Of a DNA stretch of 64,000 nucleotides, positions 56,469-63,780 are shown piece after piece (the first letter of the stretch is position 1; each line of letters starts with the position of its first letter). Source of the stretch: a virus. The stretch lies in the IMG/VR virus record IMGVR_UViG_3300047470_000212, positions 32,001 through 96,000 of that record. One strand, 5' to 3'. The position numbers and the translations under genes were made by a program. Below the pieces are notes generated by a model. It was not told where the DNA came from, did not search any database, and saw only the letters and a program-made list of their open reading frames with translations.

Positions 56469-58553
56469 ATGGCCAGCATAGCGGCCGAGCGGGCCCGTGT
56501 ACGCGCGCAGAAGGTCAACGGCACCCGCCCCGGAACCCCCGGAACCTTCCAGTCCAGCACCGCCCTCGCACGCATCGTCAAGCGTGTCGGCGCCTACCTC
56601 CGTGTGTCCACCAAGGACCAGATCGTCGGCTACGGCCTCGACGTCCAGCTCAAGGGCATCCAGGACAACATCGACCTCAAGAACGCGACGGAAGAGCGCA
56701 ACGGCACCAACATCGTCTGGGAACTCTCCGACGTCTACGAAGACGCGGGCGAGTCCGGCGCCAAGCAGGACCGGCCCGAGATGATGCGCCTGGAGCGCGA
56801 CGTCCTCGCCAAGAAGATCGACGTCGTCGCCGTCCACAAGTTCGACCGCATCGGCCGCACCGGCCGCGCCTTCTGGCACTGGGTCTGGGCCCTCGAAGAT
56901 GCCGGAACCTCGATCATCTCCGTCACCCAGGAGATCGACACCACCACCACCCACGGCGTCACCGCGCTCCAGCAGCTCGCATCCTTCTCCGAGATGGAAT
57001 GGCGCACCATCCTGGAGCGCACCCAGAACGGCCTCAACATGAAGGCCGCCTCCGGAGGCTGGACCGGTGGCCCCCCGCCCTTCGGCTACTACATCGAGAA
57101 CCAGGGCAAGCGCGACTCCAAGCTGGGCCTCGATACCGAAGAGTGCCGCACCCTCGAACTCGCCGCCCAGTTCATCGTCGAAGGCGGCTACACCGTCGAC
57201 CGCGCCGCCCACATGCTCAACCTCATCGGCCGACTCACCCGCAAGGGCGTGGAGTGGACCGGATCCAACCTCCGGCACAAATTCTTCAACACCGCCCTGG
57301 ACGGATTCGTCGTCTACCGAAACACCGACGAAGTCGTCAACAAGCGCCGTAAGCGCGCCACCCGGATGAACCCTGACGGCACCCCCAAGCACGGCCCCAT
57401 GGTGATCATCGACACCCCGATGGTCTTCGAACTCGACCGGCTCATCTCCATCCGCCACGCCCTCAAGCGAAACGGCTGGAACCTCACCGGCCCGTACAAG
57501 TACCACCCCCTCAGCACCCGCGTGATCGGTGAATGCGGCGCCCACTACACCGGAGTCTGGGTAAAGGCCGAGAACCGCCGCACCTACCGCTGCACCGGAA
57601 ACAAGTGCGGCGACTCCGTGATCGACGCCGTGGCGCTCGAAGAAGTCGTCTGGGACAGCCTGAAGAACTTCCTCGGCGACAAGGAGAAGCTGCGCGAGAT
57701 CGCCAAGGACTGGGTGACCACCGCACCGGATCACCGCAAGATGTACGAGGCTCGTATTGAAGAACTCACGCGGGAAATCGCAGGTCTGCGTGAGCTGACC
57801 ACCACCACGCTGGTCAACCTCGCGAAGGCGGGCGTCGATGCGCTGGCCATCAATTCAGCAGTGGCGAAGCTGAACGAGGAGATCAACAACAAGCAGGCGA
57901 TGCTGGACGACGCCGTGTCGATGCTGGCGGAGGCGGAAGAGTCCGCTACTCGCGCCGAGGATTTCCAGCGCCTGGTCGAGATCGCCACCTTCAACCTGGA
58001 GTTCATCACCGACCGGCAGAAGGCCGAAGTGATGGACCTGCTGGAGATTCAGGTGACGCTCATCGGGCCGGTTCCGCTGGACGGCCGCTTCGGGCCGGAC
58101 TCCGACATCGAGCAGTGGTTCGGAAAGCGCAGTGTTCAGCCGGTCGAGATGACCGATGCGCTGTGGGAGGAGATCCGTCCTCGGATCAGCTTCCGGGCCT
58201 CGAAGAAGAGCCACGATCTGCGGGGGCTGGTGGAGGGTCTGCTCTACAAGGCCCGCACGGGTTGCCCGTGGTCTGAGATGCCGGAGCACTTCCCGCCGAA
58301 GGAGGCTCTGAGGGCCCGCTGGAGGGCCTGGAAGGACGGGGCGTGGGAGAACATCGTCGAGCCTCTTCTGGAGCCCGCTCCGCCGCGTAAGCCGCCGCTG
58401 CCGCCCATGAAGGTGACGGGGAACATCGACCCCCGTCTGGTCGAGTTCACCAACGGTCAGGCGACGAGCCAGGTTCCGCACTCTGCTGGACGAACTTCCA
58501 GGGGATTGTTCACGTACGTCATCAACCTGGAAAAATGGCGATTGGCCGCCTGA
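56469..58553 (+). CDS. Large serine recombinase with an inserted IS5-type DUF4096 domain
   Basis: YLRVST catalytic Ser, D.G.SG...RP, DRIGR, GG.PPFGY, Zn-ribbon cysteines, coiled coil; AAGGAG RBS. Confidence 0.93.
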   Translation: MASIAAERARVRAQKVNGTRPGTPGTFQSSTALARIVKRVGAYLRVSTKDQIVGYGLDVQLKGIQDNIDLKNATEERNGTNIVWELSDVYEDAGESGAKQDRPEMMRLERDVLAKKIDVVAVHKFDRIGRTGRAFWHWVWALEDAGTSIISVTQEIDTTTTHGVTALQQLASFSEMEWRTILERTQNGLNMKAASGGWTGGPPPFGYYIENQGKRDSKLGLDTEECRTLELAAQFIVEGGYTVDRAAHMLNLIGRLTRKGVEWTGSNLRHKFFNTALDGFVVYRNTDEVVNKRRKRATRMNPDGTPKHGPMVIIDTPMVFELDRLISIRHALKRNGWNLTGPYKYHPLSTRVIGECGAHYTGVWVKAENRRTYRCTGNKCGDSVIDAVALEEVVWDSLKNFLGDKEKLREIAKDWVTTAPDHRKMYEARIEELTREIAGLRELTTTTLVNLAKAGVDALAINSAVAKLNEEINNKQAMLDDAVSMLAEAEESATRAEDFQRLVEIATFNLEFITDRQKAEVMDLLEIQVTLIGPVPLDGRFGPDSDIEQWFGKRSVQPVEMTDALWEEIRPRISFRASKKSHDLRGLVEGLLYKARTGCPWSEMPEHFPPKEALRARWRAWKDGAWENIVEPLLEPAPPRKPPLPPMKVTGNIDPRLVEFTNGQATSQVPHSAGRTSRGLFTYVINLEKWRLAA

Positions 58554-58568
58554 CCTGGGAAAACACCG

Positions 58569-58600
58569 AAGGCCCCTACCCGATCGGGGGTGGGGGCCTT
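58569..58600. terminator. Bidirectional terminator
   Basis: AAGGCCCC...GGGGCCTT between convergent genes. Confidence 0.7.
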
Positions 58601-58602
58601 TC

Positions 58603-58845
58603 TCATGCCTCGCGCTTGGAGAGCACATCCAGGACTCCGAGGAGACTCTGCGCCCCCTGGTGGGCCTCCAGCAGACTCTCCGGCGTCGACTGCTTGCGGT
58701 AGTCGTCCAGGGCCTTGGCCAGCCCACTGCCGACCGCATCCGCCCAGTCGAGCACGTCCCCCGTGGCGAGCCGGTCCAGCCTCTTGGCCGCCTTCGCGCG
58801 GATGGGGTCGATCGTTCCTTCGCCGCCCCGAAGGGCTCGCTTCAC
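58603..58845 (-). CDS. Hypothetical phage protein
   Basis: GTGA overlap at 58842-58845; helical, 80 aa. Confidence 0.65.
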   Translation of the reverse strand: MKRALRGGEGTIDPIRAKAAKRLDRLATGDVLDWADAVGSGLAKALDDYRKQSTPESLLEAHQGAQSLLGVLDVLSKREA

Positions 58846-58961
58846 ATCAGCCCAAGAGCGCACAGGACCTCGTGCTCCATTTCCATGTCGTCGTTCTTCT
58901 TGGCTACGAGTCGGCGGGCCGCCGCCTTCTCTTCCTCGGTGTTCTCAGACGACGAGTTCAT
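58842..58961 (-). CDS. Small hypothetical protein (39 aa)
   Basis: MNSSSENTEEEKAAARRL...; fills the gap and overlaps the next start. Confidence 0.45.
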   Translation of the reverse strand: MNSSSENTEEEKAAARRLVAKKNDDMEMEHEVLCALGLM

Positions 58962-59244
58962 CAGGCACCTCGTCGAATCTGTGGGCGTTGTCGCGGATCG
59001 AGTCCGTGGTGAGCGCGTCCTCTGTTCCCCGGACGGCTTCCAGCAGGGCTTCTCTTTCACTGCGCCCGGTATGCCGCCAGCGGCCGAACACGAGGCCCTT
59101 TCGCCATATCCGGATAATCCAGGAGTGGGACCGGCGGTACGGCGGGTCCAGTTCATCGGTAGGCGCGGTATGAAGCAACGGTGTCTTTGGGGCCAGGTCG
59201 ATGAACTGAACGAAGAAAGGCCCCACGTCATGGGTTCTAGGCAT
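58945..59244 (-). CDS. Hypothetical phage protein
   Basis: MPRTHDVGPFF...E.DPPYR.S; in-frame CTT-CAT-ACC. Confidence 0.6.
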   Translation of the reverse strand: MPRTHDVGPFFVQFIDLAPKTPLLHTAPTDELDPPYRRSHSWIIRIWRKGLVFGRWRHTGRSEREALLEAVRGTEDALTTDSIRDNAHRFDEVPDELVV

Positions 59245-59247
59245 GAC

Positions 59248-59493
59248 ATGGAGCCTATTCTTCGGACGCTCAGGACTGGTAACTTGGCGGCTATGACTGC
59301 CGATGAAGGACTGAACCTCTCCCCCGCCGAGGCTGCTGTACTCGCGTGGTTCGTTATCGACGAGCCCAGGATGACCTATGTCGACGCGGCTAAGAAACTT
59401 GGAGTCGCAGAAGACTTCGTCCGAATTATCGAGTCGCGAGCAAAGAGCAAGCTGCGCCGGTTCACCGGCGAGCGTTGGCCTTTGGACCAATGA
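59248..59493 (+). CDS. Stand-alone sigma70 region-4-like HTH protein
   Basis: LS..E..VL...F......TY...A..LGV....VR.IE.RA..KLR; start uncertain (59248 or 59293). Confidence 0.7.
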   Translation: MEPILRTLRTGNLAAMTADEGLNLSPAEAAVLAWFVIDEPRMTYVDAAKKLGVAEDFVRIIESRAKSKLRRFTGERWPLDQ

Positions 59494-59494
59494 T

Positions 59495-59953
59495 TCAGTT
59501 CACTCCGGTCGGCTCGTCGAGATCGTGCTCCGGCGCATAGGCGAAGTTGTTCAGCGTTCGGTTGATAGCACGGCCCGGAGACTTCACTCGCTTGAAGTTC
59601 CGCCACACATTCGGCGGGACGTTGTAGTAGCCGTAGACCTGACCGTTCCGGAATCGAACCCGTAGCGTCTGAGAATCCCTGTCGTAACCAGCGGCAAGAG
59701 TTCTCGGGCGCGGCGGATTGATAGAGGGGGTCGGCTGATACGGGAGAAGGTCGAAGTCGTCGCCGTCCTTGGCCAACTGGATTGCGTCGGCCAGCTCCTG
59801 GGACATGACCCTGCGGGATCCCGCTCGGGCGGCTGGGTTGGGTATCGAGATCGGGGGCTCGGGCTTGTTCAGGTCACCGAAGTCGAAGGACAACTGCTCG
59901 TAGGCGTTCGCGCGGTTGTTCCTCCCCCCGCGCTTGGGGTTGCGTGGTGCCAC
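59495..59953 (-). CDS. KTSC-domain protein
   Basis: GYD....TL.V.F..G..Y.Y..VP..VW..F....S.GR..N. Confidence 0.85.
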   Translation of the reverse strand: MAPRNPKRGGRNNRANAYEQLSFDFGDLNKPEPPISIPNPAARAGSRRVMSQELADAIQLAKDGDDFDLLPYQPTPSINPPRPRTLAAGYDRDSQTLRVRFRNGQVYGYYNVPPNVWRNFKRVKSPGRAINRTLNNFAYAPEHDLDEPTGVN

Positions 59954-59970
59954 TGTGTCTCCTTACAAAA

Positions 59971-60000
59971 ACAGCCCCGACCCGGGTGGGACGAGGCTGT
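59971..60000 (-). terminator. Terminator-like hairpin
   Basis: ACAGCC...GGCTGT followed by a T-run on the minus strand. Confidence 0.5.
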
Positions 60001-60027
60001 CAGTCCAGGCGATCAACCCCGGATGGA

Positions 60028-60456
60028 TCAGGCGGGAACGTTGTCGACCGTGGAGGCGGTGGCCGGGCCCTCCGTGGCGCCTGGAGCGGTGCTGGCGCCT
60101 GCGTTGGTCGTGCCCGCGTAGACGGCGGTGCCCGCGAGCAGGTCGTGCGGCTCCGGGCCGCCCGGGTGGGCCTTGGCCTCGTCGTGAGTCAGGACGACCA
60201 GACCGGCGTTCGAGGTGGCCGGGTGGATGCCCGCAGCGGCCTGCGCCTTGGGGTCCGGCAACTGCTTGGCGACGAAGACCTGGCCGGGGATCGGGTCGGT
60301 GTTCTCGTACTTCGTGCCGTGCTGGACGGTCCAGCCCAGGTTCGGGTGGTCCCAGTCGGACGCGCGGCCGGGGACGATCTCCTGGACGGCAGCAGGGGTC
60401 TCGCCGACGGGAGCAGGTGTCTCGGCGACGGGAGCGCTCTTGGATGCAGCAGCCAC
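60028..60456 (-). CDS. Hypothetical protein
   Basis: 142 aa, GC3-rich. Confidence 0.65.
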   Translation of the reverse strand: MAAASKSAPVAETPAPVGETPAAVQEIVPGRASDWDHPNLGWTVQHGTKYENTDPIPGQVFVAKQLPDPKAQAAAGIHPATSNAGLVVLTHDEAKAHPGGPEPHDLLAGTAVYAGTTNAGASTAPGATEGPATASTVDNVPA

Positions 60457-60619
60457 TGGCTTCTTCTTTCGTAAGGGTTACCGGTTTTGCTGGACGGTCC
60501 AGCCTGGTTCTTTGACCGGGCCCTCTTCGTCCTCTGTTTGATTATGAGGGCAATCGGGGCCGGAATAGACATGCTGGCCCTCTTGGAAGATGCAACTCGT
60601 TACGTACATAGGTGTGCTC

Positions 60620-60808
60620 CTACAGGGAACTGCCTGCCTCGGCATTCGAGCCTACCGGCATTCCCCCGTCGGTTTCCCATGGCTGGGATCCGGCGAATTG
60701 GTCTGCGGAAAGGAGAGCGCCGCGCAGGGGTGCCCCGTTGACGGTGAATGCGTAGCCGCCTGCGTAGGCGTCGCCGGTCGCGGGGATCGGTTCAGGTGTC
60801 TTCGGCAT
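60620..60808 (-). CDS. Small hypothetical protein
   Basis: GGGAGGG RBS; 62 aa. Confidence 0.45.
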   Translation of the reverse strand: MPKTPEPIPATGDAYAGGYAFTVNGAPLRGALLSADQFAGSQPWETDGGMPVGSNAEAGSSL

Positions 60809-60998
60809 GGGAGCCCTCCCGGGCGGCCTCGAAGCCGGAGCGGAGCCGGGTCATCTTGACCTTGTAGGTGCGGAGCCGGGACATGTGCTCGCAGGCTGAC
60901 TCGACTATGGCGCCTACCTCTTCGAGGCAGCGGTCGAGCAGGTCTTCGATGTCGGCGATGTCGTCGCGCGTCTCGCGCGTCTGGGGCAGCAGTGGCAT
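60792..60998 (-). CDS. Small coiled-coil protein
   Basis: GGAGGAG RBS; MPLLPQTRE... Confidence 0.55.
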   Translation of the reverse strand: MPLLPQTRETRDDIADIEDLLDRCLEEVGAIVESACEHMSRLRTYKVKMTRLRSGFEAAREGSHAEDT

Positions 60999-60999
60999 C

Positions 61000-61344
61000 T
61001 CAGGAACTCCTCCGTCGGCGCGGCCGGGGAGTCTGGTCGCTCTGGAACAGGTCCAGCACGTCTTCGAGGACGTCGGTGACGGTGGCCTGCGCGGCGACGC
61101 TGTCCTGGGTGGCCTGCACCAGGTCTCGGGCGGCGGTGACCATCTGCTCGGCGAGGGGGACCACTTTCTCCGTAAGCGCGCGGAGCCTCTTGTTCTCTTC
61201 CACCTCGCGGCGGTAGGCCTTGCCAGAGACGACGACTTCAGTGACGAAGACCGCGAAGATGAAAGCCGCGATCGGGCCGAGGACGAGGGGGTTGTCAACG
61301 GACAAGCCTCCGCCCCCTGAGTCCGAAGCGAGAAAAACAAACAT
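61000..61344 (-). CDS. Membrane protein with coiled coil
   Basis: One TM segment, then V.G..Y.R..E coiled coil. Confidence 0.6.
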   Translation of the reverse strand: MFVFLASDSGGGGLSVDNPLVLGPIAAFIFAVFVTEVVVSGKAYRREVEENKRLRALTEKVVPLAEQMVTAARDLVQATQDSVAAQATVTDVLEDVLDLFQSDQTPRPRRRRSS

Positions 61345-61410
61345 CCCGGGTACCGCCCGTCGCTTAATTGTGCTTGCGACTTAAGGATACCCGGGATGCC
61401 GTAATTGCTT

Positions 61411-61653
61411 TTAGATATGAAGACCGGCCTTCTTAAGCTGATTCTTGGCCTTGATCCAGCCAGGGGTCGCTCCGGTTAGCCCGCTGATGCAGACCGTGTT
61501 CCCCTTTGGGTCGACCCACCGGATGTGGTTTCCTCCGGTGACTGTCACCGTCCATTTGTCCTTTCGCGCCTTCTTTACGACCTTCTCGATCTCCTTGTCG
61601 GCTCCGAGTCGGCCAGAGCTGCTGCTGGCCACTGGTGCACCCTTGCGGGCCAT
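61411..61653 (-). CDS. HicA-like (dsRBD-fold) mRNA interferase
   Basis: VK.A....W.V...GGNH.....P.G..V.........LKKAGL; AAGGAGG RBS. Confidence 0.65.
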   Translation of the reverse strand: MARKGAPVASSSSGRLGADKEIEKVVKKARKDKWTVTVTGGNHIRWVDPKGNTVCISGLTGATPGWIKAKNQLKKAGLHI

Positions 61654-61701
61654 GGGTCCGCCTCCTTGTTCAATTTGGCTGTGCTGTTGTTTGTTAGCTA
61701 C

Positions 61702-61731
61702 AGACTAGGGTGACGGATTATCAGTTAGCAA
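61702..61731 (-). promoter_or_regulatory. HrdB-type promoter for the HicA-like gene
   Basis: TTGCTA-18-TAGTCT. Confidence 0.55.
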
Positions 61732-61848
61732 GCGGTTAGGGGGATTTACTTGACGTGACCCGGACCACAAACCACTGGTAACCCCTTGACCTGCGGAAAC
61801 TTGCCTCCCTGGCATATGCCAACCTCTGAGCGGTCCTGCACAGCACGA

Positions 61849-61879
61849 AGCCCCGACTGCCAGTGTGGCAGCCGGGGCT
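61849..61879 (-). terminator. Terminator hairpin
   Basis: AGCCCCGACTGCCA/TGGCAGCCGGGGCT. Confidence 0.6.
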
Positions 61880-61893
61880 CGGCAGGGCGCGGA

Positions 61894-62412
61894 TCAGGCC
61901 TTGGTCCGGAGGGCTTCCAGGGTCTTGGCCAGCAGCGCGGAGTACTCCTCCTGGTGGGCGGCGATCAGGGCGGCCACGGCCATCTCTGTGGCCTTTTCGA
62001 ACCGCTCCCTGTCCCGCTTCTCGTCTCCGCGAGCCGTGATGGCCGCGTTGCTCTCGGCGCAGGCGTAGTACAGGCCGTTAGCCGCCAGGCCTGCGGATGG
62101 CAGCCCGATCGCGTACCACTCGGGGCCGTTGTGGGCGAACACCTGGCCGTCCTTGAACATCTTCTCCAGCAGCCGCTCGGCGGCCGGGACGTCGATGACA
62201 CGACGAGCCCAGGTGATCTCCGGGACGTTCCAGTCCCGGTCGGCGGTCACCGCTTGAGCGCACGCTACGAAGATGTCCTTCTTGCTCATGACGGCGTTGC
62301 CGAGGCGTTGCGGATCCCACTTGCCGAGGACGGCGAGGATGTCCTCCTTGGTGACCTCGACCTTCTCGACCACGGGGTCTCCGCCTACGGGGTAGCGACG
62401 GGGTCGGCTCAT
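61894..62412 (-). CDS. Hypothetical protein
   Basis: AGGAG RBS; 172 aa. Confidence 0.7.
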   Translation of the reverse strand: MSRPRRYPVGGDPVVEKVEVTKEDILAVLGKWDPQRLGNAVMSKKDIFVACAQAVTADRDWNVPEITWARRVIDVPAAERLLEKMFKDGQVFAHNGPEWYAIGLPSAGLAANGLYYACAESNAAITARGDEKRDRERFEKATEMAVAALIAAHQEEYSALLAKTLEALRTKA

Positions 62413-62425
62413 AACGCTCTCCTGC

Positions 62426-63568
62426 CTACTTTCCTATCGTCTTCCTGCGGCGCAGCGGATCCTTGCGCTGGGGGTCCACGGGGACAATCTGCGTGGGCGC
62501 GTCCGTCCCTTCCGGCAGGTCCTCCAGCTTGGTCCAGTAGGGCTCGATCCAGGTGGTGGTGGACTGCGTGCGCTGGCCGGACTTCCCGGGCCCGATCCAG
62601 ACCGTCTTGAAGTGGCCCGCTCTGTGCTGCGGCCCGTACTCGACGCCCGACGGGATGGAGATGCCGGAGCGGTTCAGTGCGGCAGCCCGCTGACGGGCGG
62701 TGTGCAGTTGAGGACCGACGTACCAACCGACACGGACCCAGAACGGGTCACGTTCCTTGGGCCTTCGCCCCTTGCCGGTCTTCTTCCTGCCCTGCGCCGT
62801 CGTCCACTCCGGGGGTTCCTTGACGTCCCGGTTGTCGGTGCACAGGTAGGTGAGGACCGCGAAGGCCTTCTGGAGGATGGGCCGGAAGGTCTTGACCGCG
62901 TCGCTGCGGTCCTTCCCGTCGGCGCTTCCGCCCTGCCACTCCTCGGCGAACCGGATGGCCTCTGCGGCCGTGAATGTCTTCCGGTCCATCGGGAGGGGGA
63001 TGAGGTCTCGGTGACCTCCGGGAAGGATCTCCCCGGTGTCCTCGTCGACCACGTCGTAGCAGAAGAGGAGCGCCAGTCCGTCGCGGTCCGGGTCGTTGGA
63101 GTTGCACAGGCCCATTCCGGAGAAGCCGGTGATGAAGAAGCACCGCACGTAACCCTCTGCCAGGCCGCCACGGCCCTTGCCAGCAGGCCAAGGGTCGGGG
63201 ATGACGACCATGGGGTTGATGTGCGGCAGCTTGTTGAACAGCTCGCCGGGAACCTTGTCCATCTTGGAGCGGTACAGGGCGTCGGCCAGCTCCTGGTGGA
63301 GGTCGTAGACGACCCGACCGTTGCGCTTCCACAGCTCGCTGGCGGCGATCTCCCCCATGAGGTCCCCGGTCCGCTCCAGAGTCGCCTGGTCGAACTGGAC
63401 ACGGTCCTGGGCGTCCCAGCCGGGAGCGATCCCGCGCATCATCGAGTCGATCCGTCGCGCGATCTTCGGGATGCTGCGTAGCTCCCGAGAAGCCTCGGTC
63501 AGCATGTCCACATGAGCCATGGCGGCCTTGTGCGCCTCGGCGGCCCTGCGGGTTCGGTCTTGTGCCAT
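62426..63568 (-). CDS. AcrVA2/FinQ-like protein (tentative)
   Basis: W...VY.....L..AL......VP......LP; L.YLC; W.VG...G..L; P.HR.GH....W.G.G.....W..P. Confidence 0.55.
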   Translation of the reverse strand: MAQDRTRRAAEAHKAAMAHVDMLTEASRELRSIPKIARRIDSMMRGIAPGWDAQDRVQFDQATLERTGDLMGEIAASELWKRNGRVVYDLHQELADALYRSKMDKVPGELFNKLPHINPMVVIPDPWPAGKGRGGLAEGYVRCFFITGFSGMGLCNSNDPDRDGLALLFCYDVVDEDTGEILPGGHRDLIPLPMDRKTFTAAEAIRFAEEWQGGSADGKDRSDAVKTFRPILQKAFAVLTYLCTDNRDVKEPPEWTTAQGRKKTGKGRRPKERDPFWVRVGWYVGPQLHTARQRAAALNRSGISIPSGVEYGPQHRAGHFKTVWIGPGKSGQRTQSTTTWIEPYWTKLEDLPEGTDAPTQIVPVDPQRKDPLRRRKTIGK

Positions 63569-63603
63569 CGATCCCTCCCTGACGTGCAAATCCTACGGGC
63601 AGA

Positions 63604-63632
63604 AATCTACCCAGCACGCTACGCACTGTCAA
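63604..63632 (-). promoter_or_regulatory. Consensus HrdB-type promoter
   Basis: TTGACA-17-TAGATT. Confidence 0.75.
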
Positions 63633-63674
63633 GCGGTCTCATTAATCAGCTTGACTAAAGATTCCGGGAAGCAC

Positions 63675-63721
63675 GAAACCCCGGCCACTGCCACGGGGGG
63701 AGCAGTACAGACCGGGGTTTC
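63675..63721 (-). terminator. Terminator-like hairpin
   Basis: GAAACCCCGG...CCGGGGTTTC. Confidence 0.55.
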
Positions 63722-63780
63722 GCTGATCCTCCTCCAGCCGCTCGACCTGTCCAAGGGTGGGGCCGACCGAAGGAGGACTC

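Noticed and set aside
58149-58365. An IS5 element insertion
   Set aside because: No DDE domain, terminal repeats or target duplication seen; it is an in-frame domain only.
58842-59249. Open +1 frame from the 59169 heptamer to 58842 as a frameshift product
   Set aside because: The middle portion looks like a non-coding shadow frame, and long open alternative frames are common at this GC content.
2580-61422. Heptamer as a restriction-avoidance, Chi/KOPS-like or pure peptide signal
   Set aside because: It is enriched rather than depleted, flips with gene direction, and uses fixed rare codons while ordinary-codon LHT also exists. An antisense -10 box (TATGAA) would not explain the frame lock, though it is not formally excluded.
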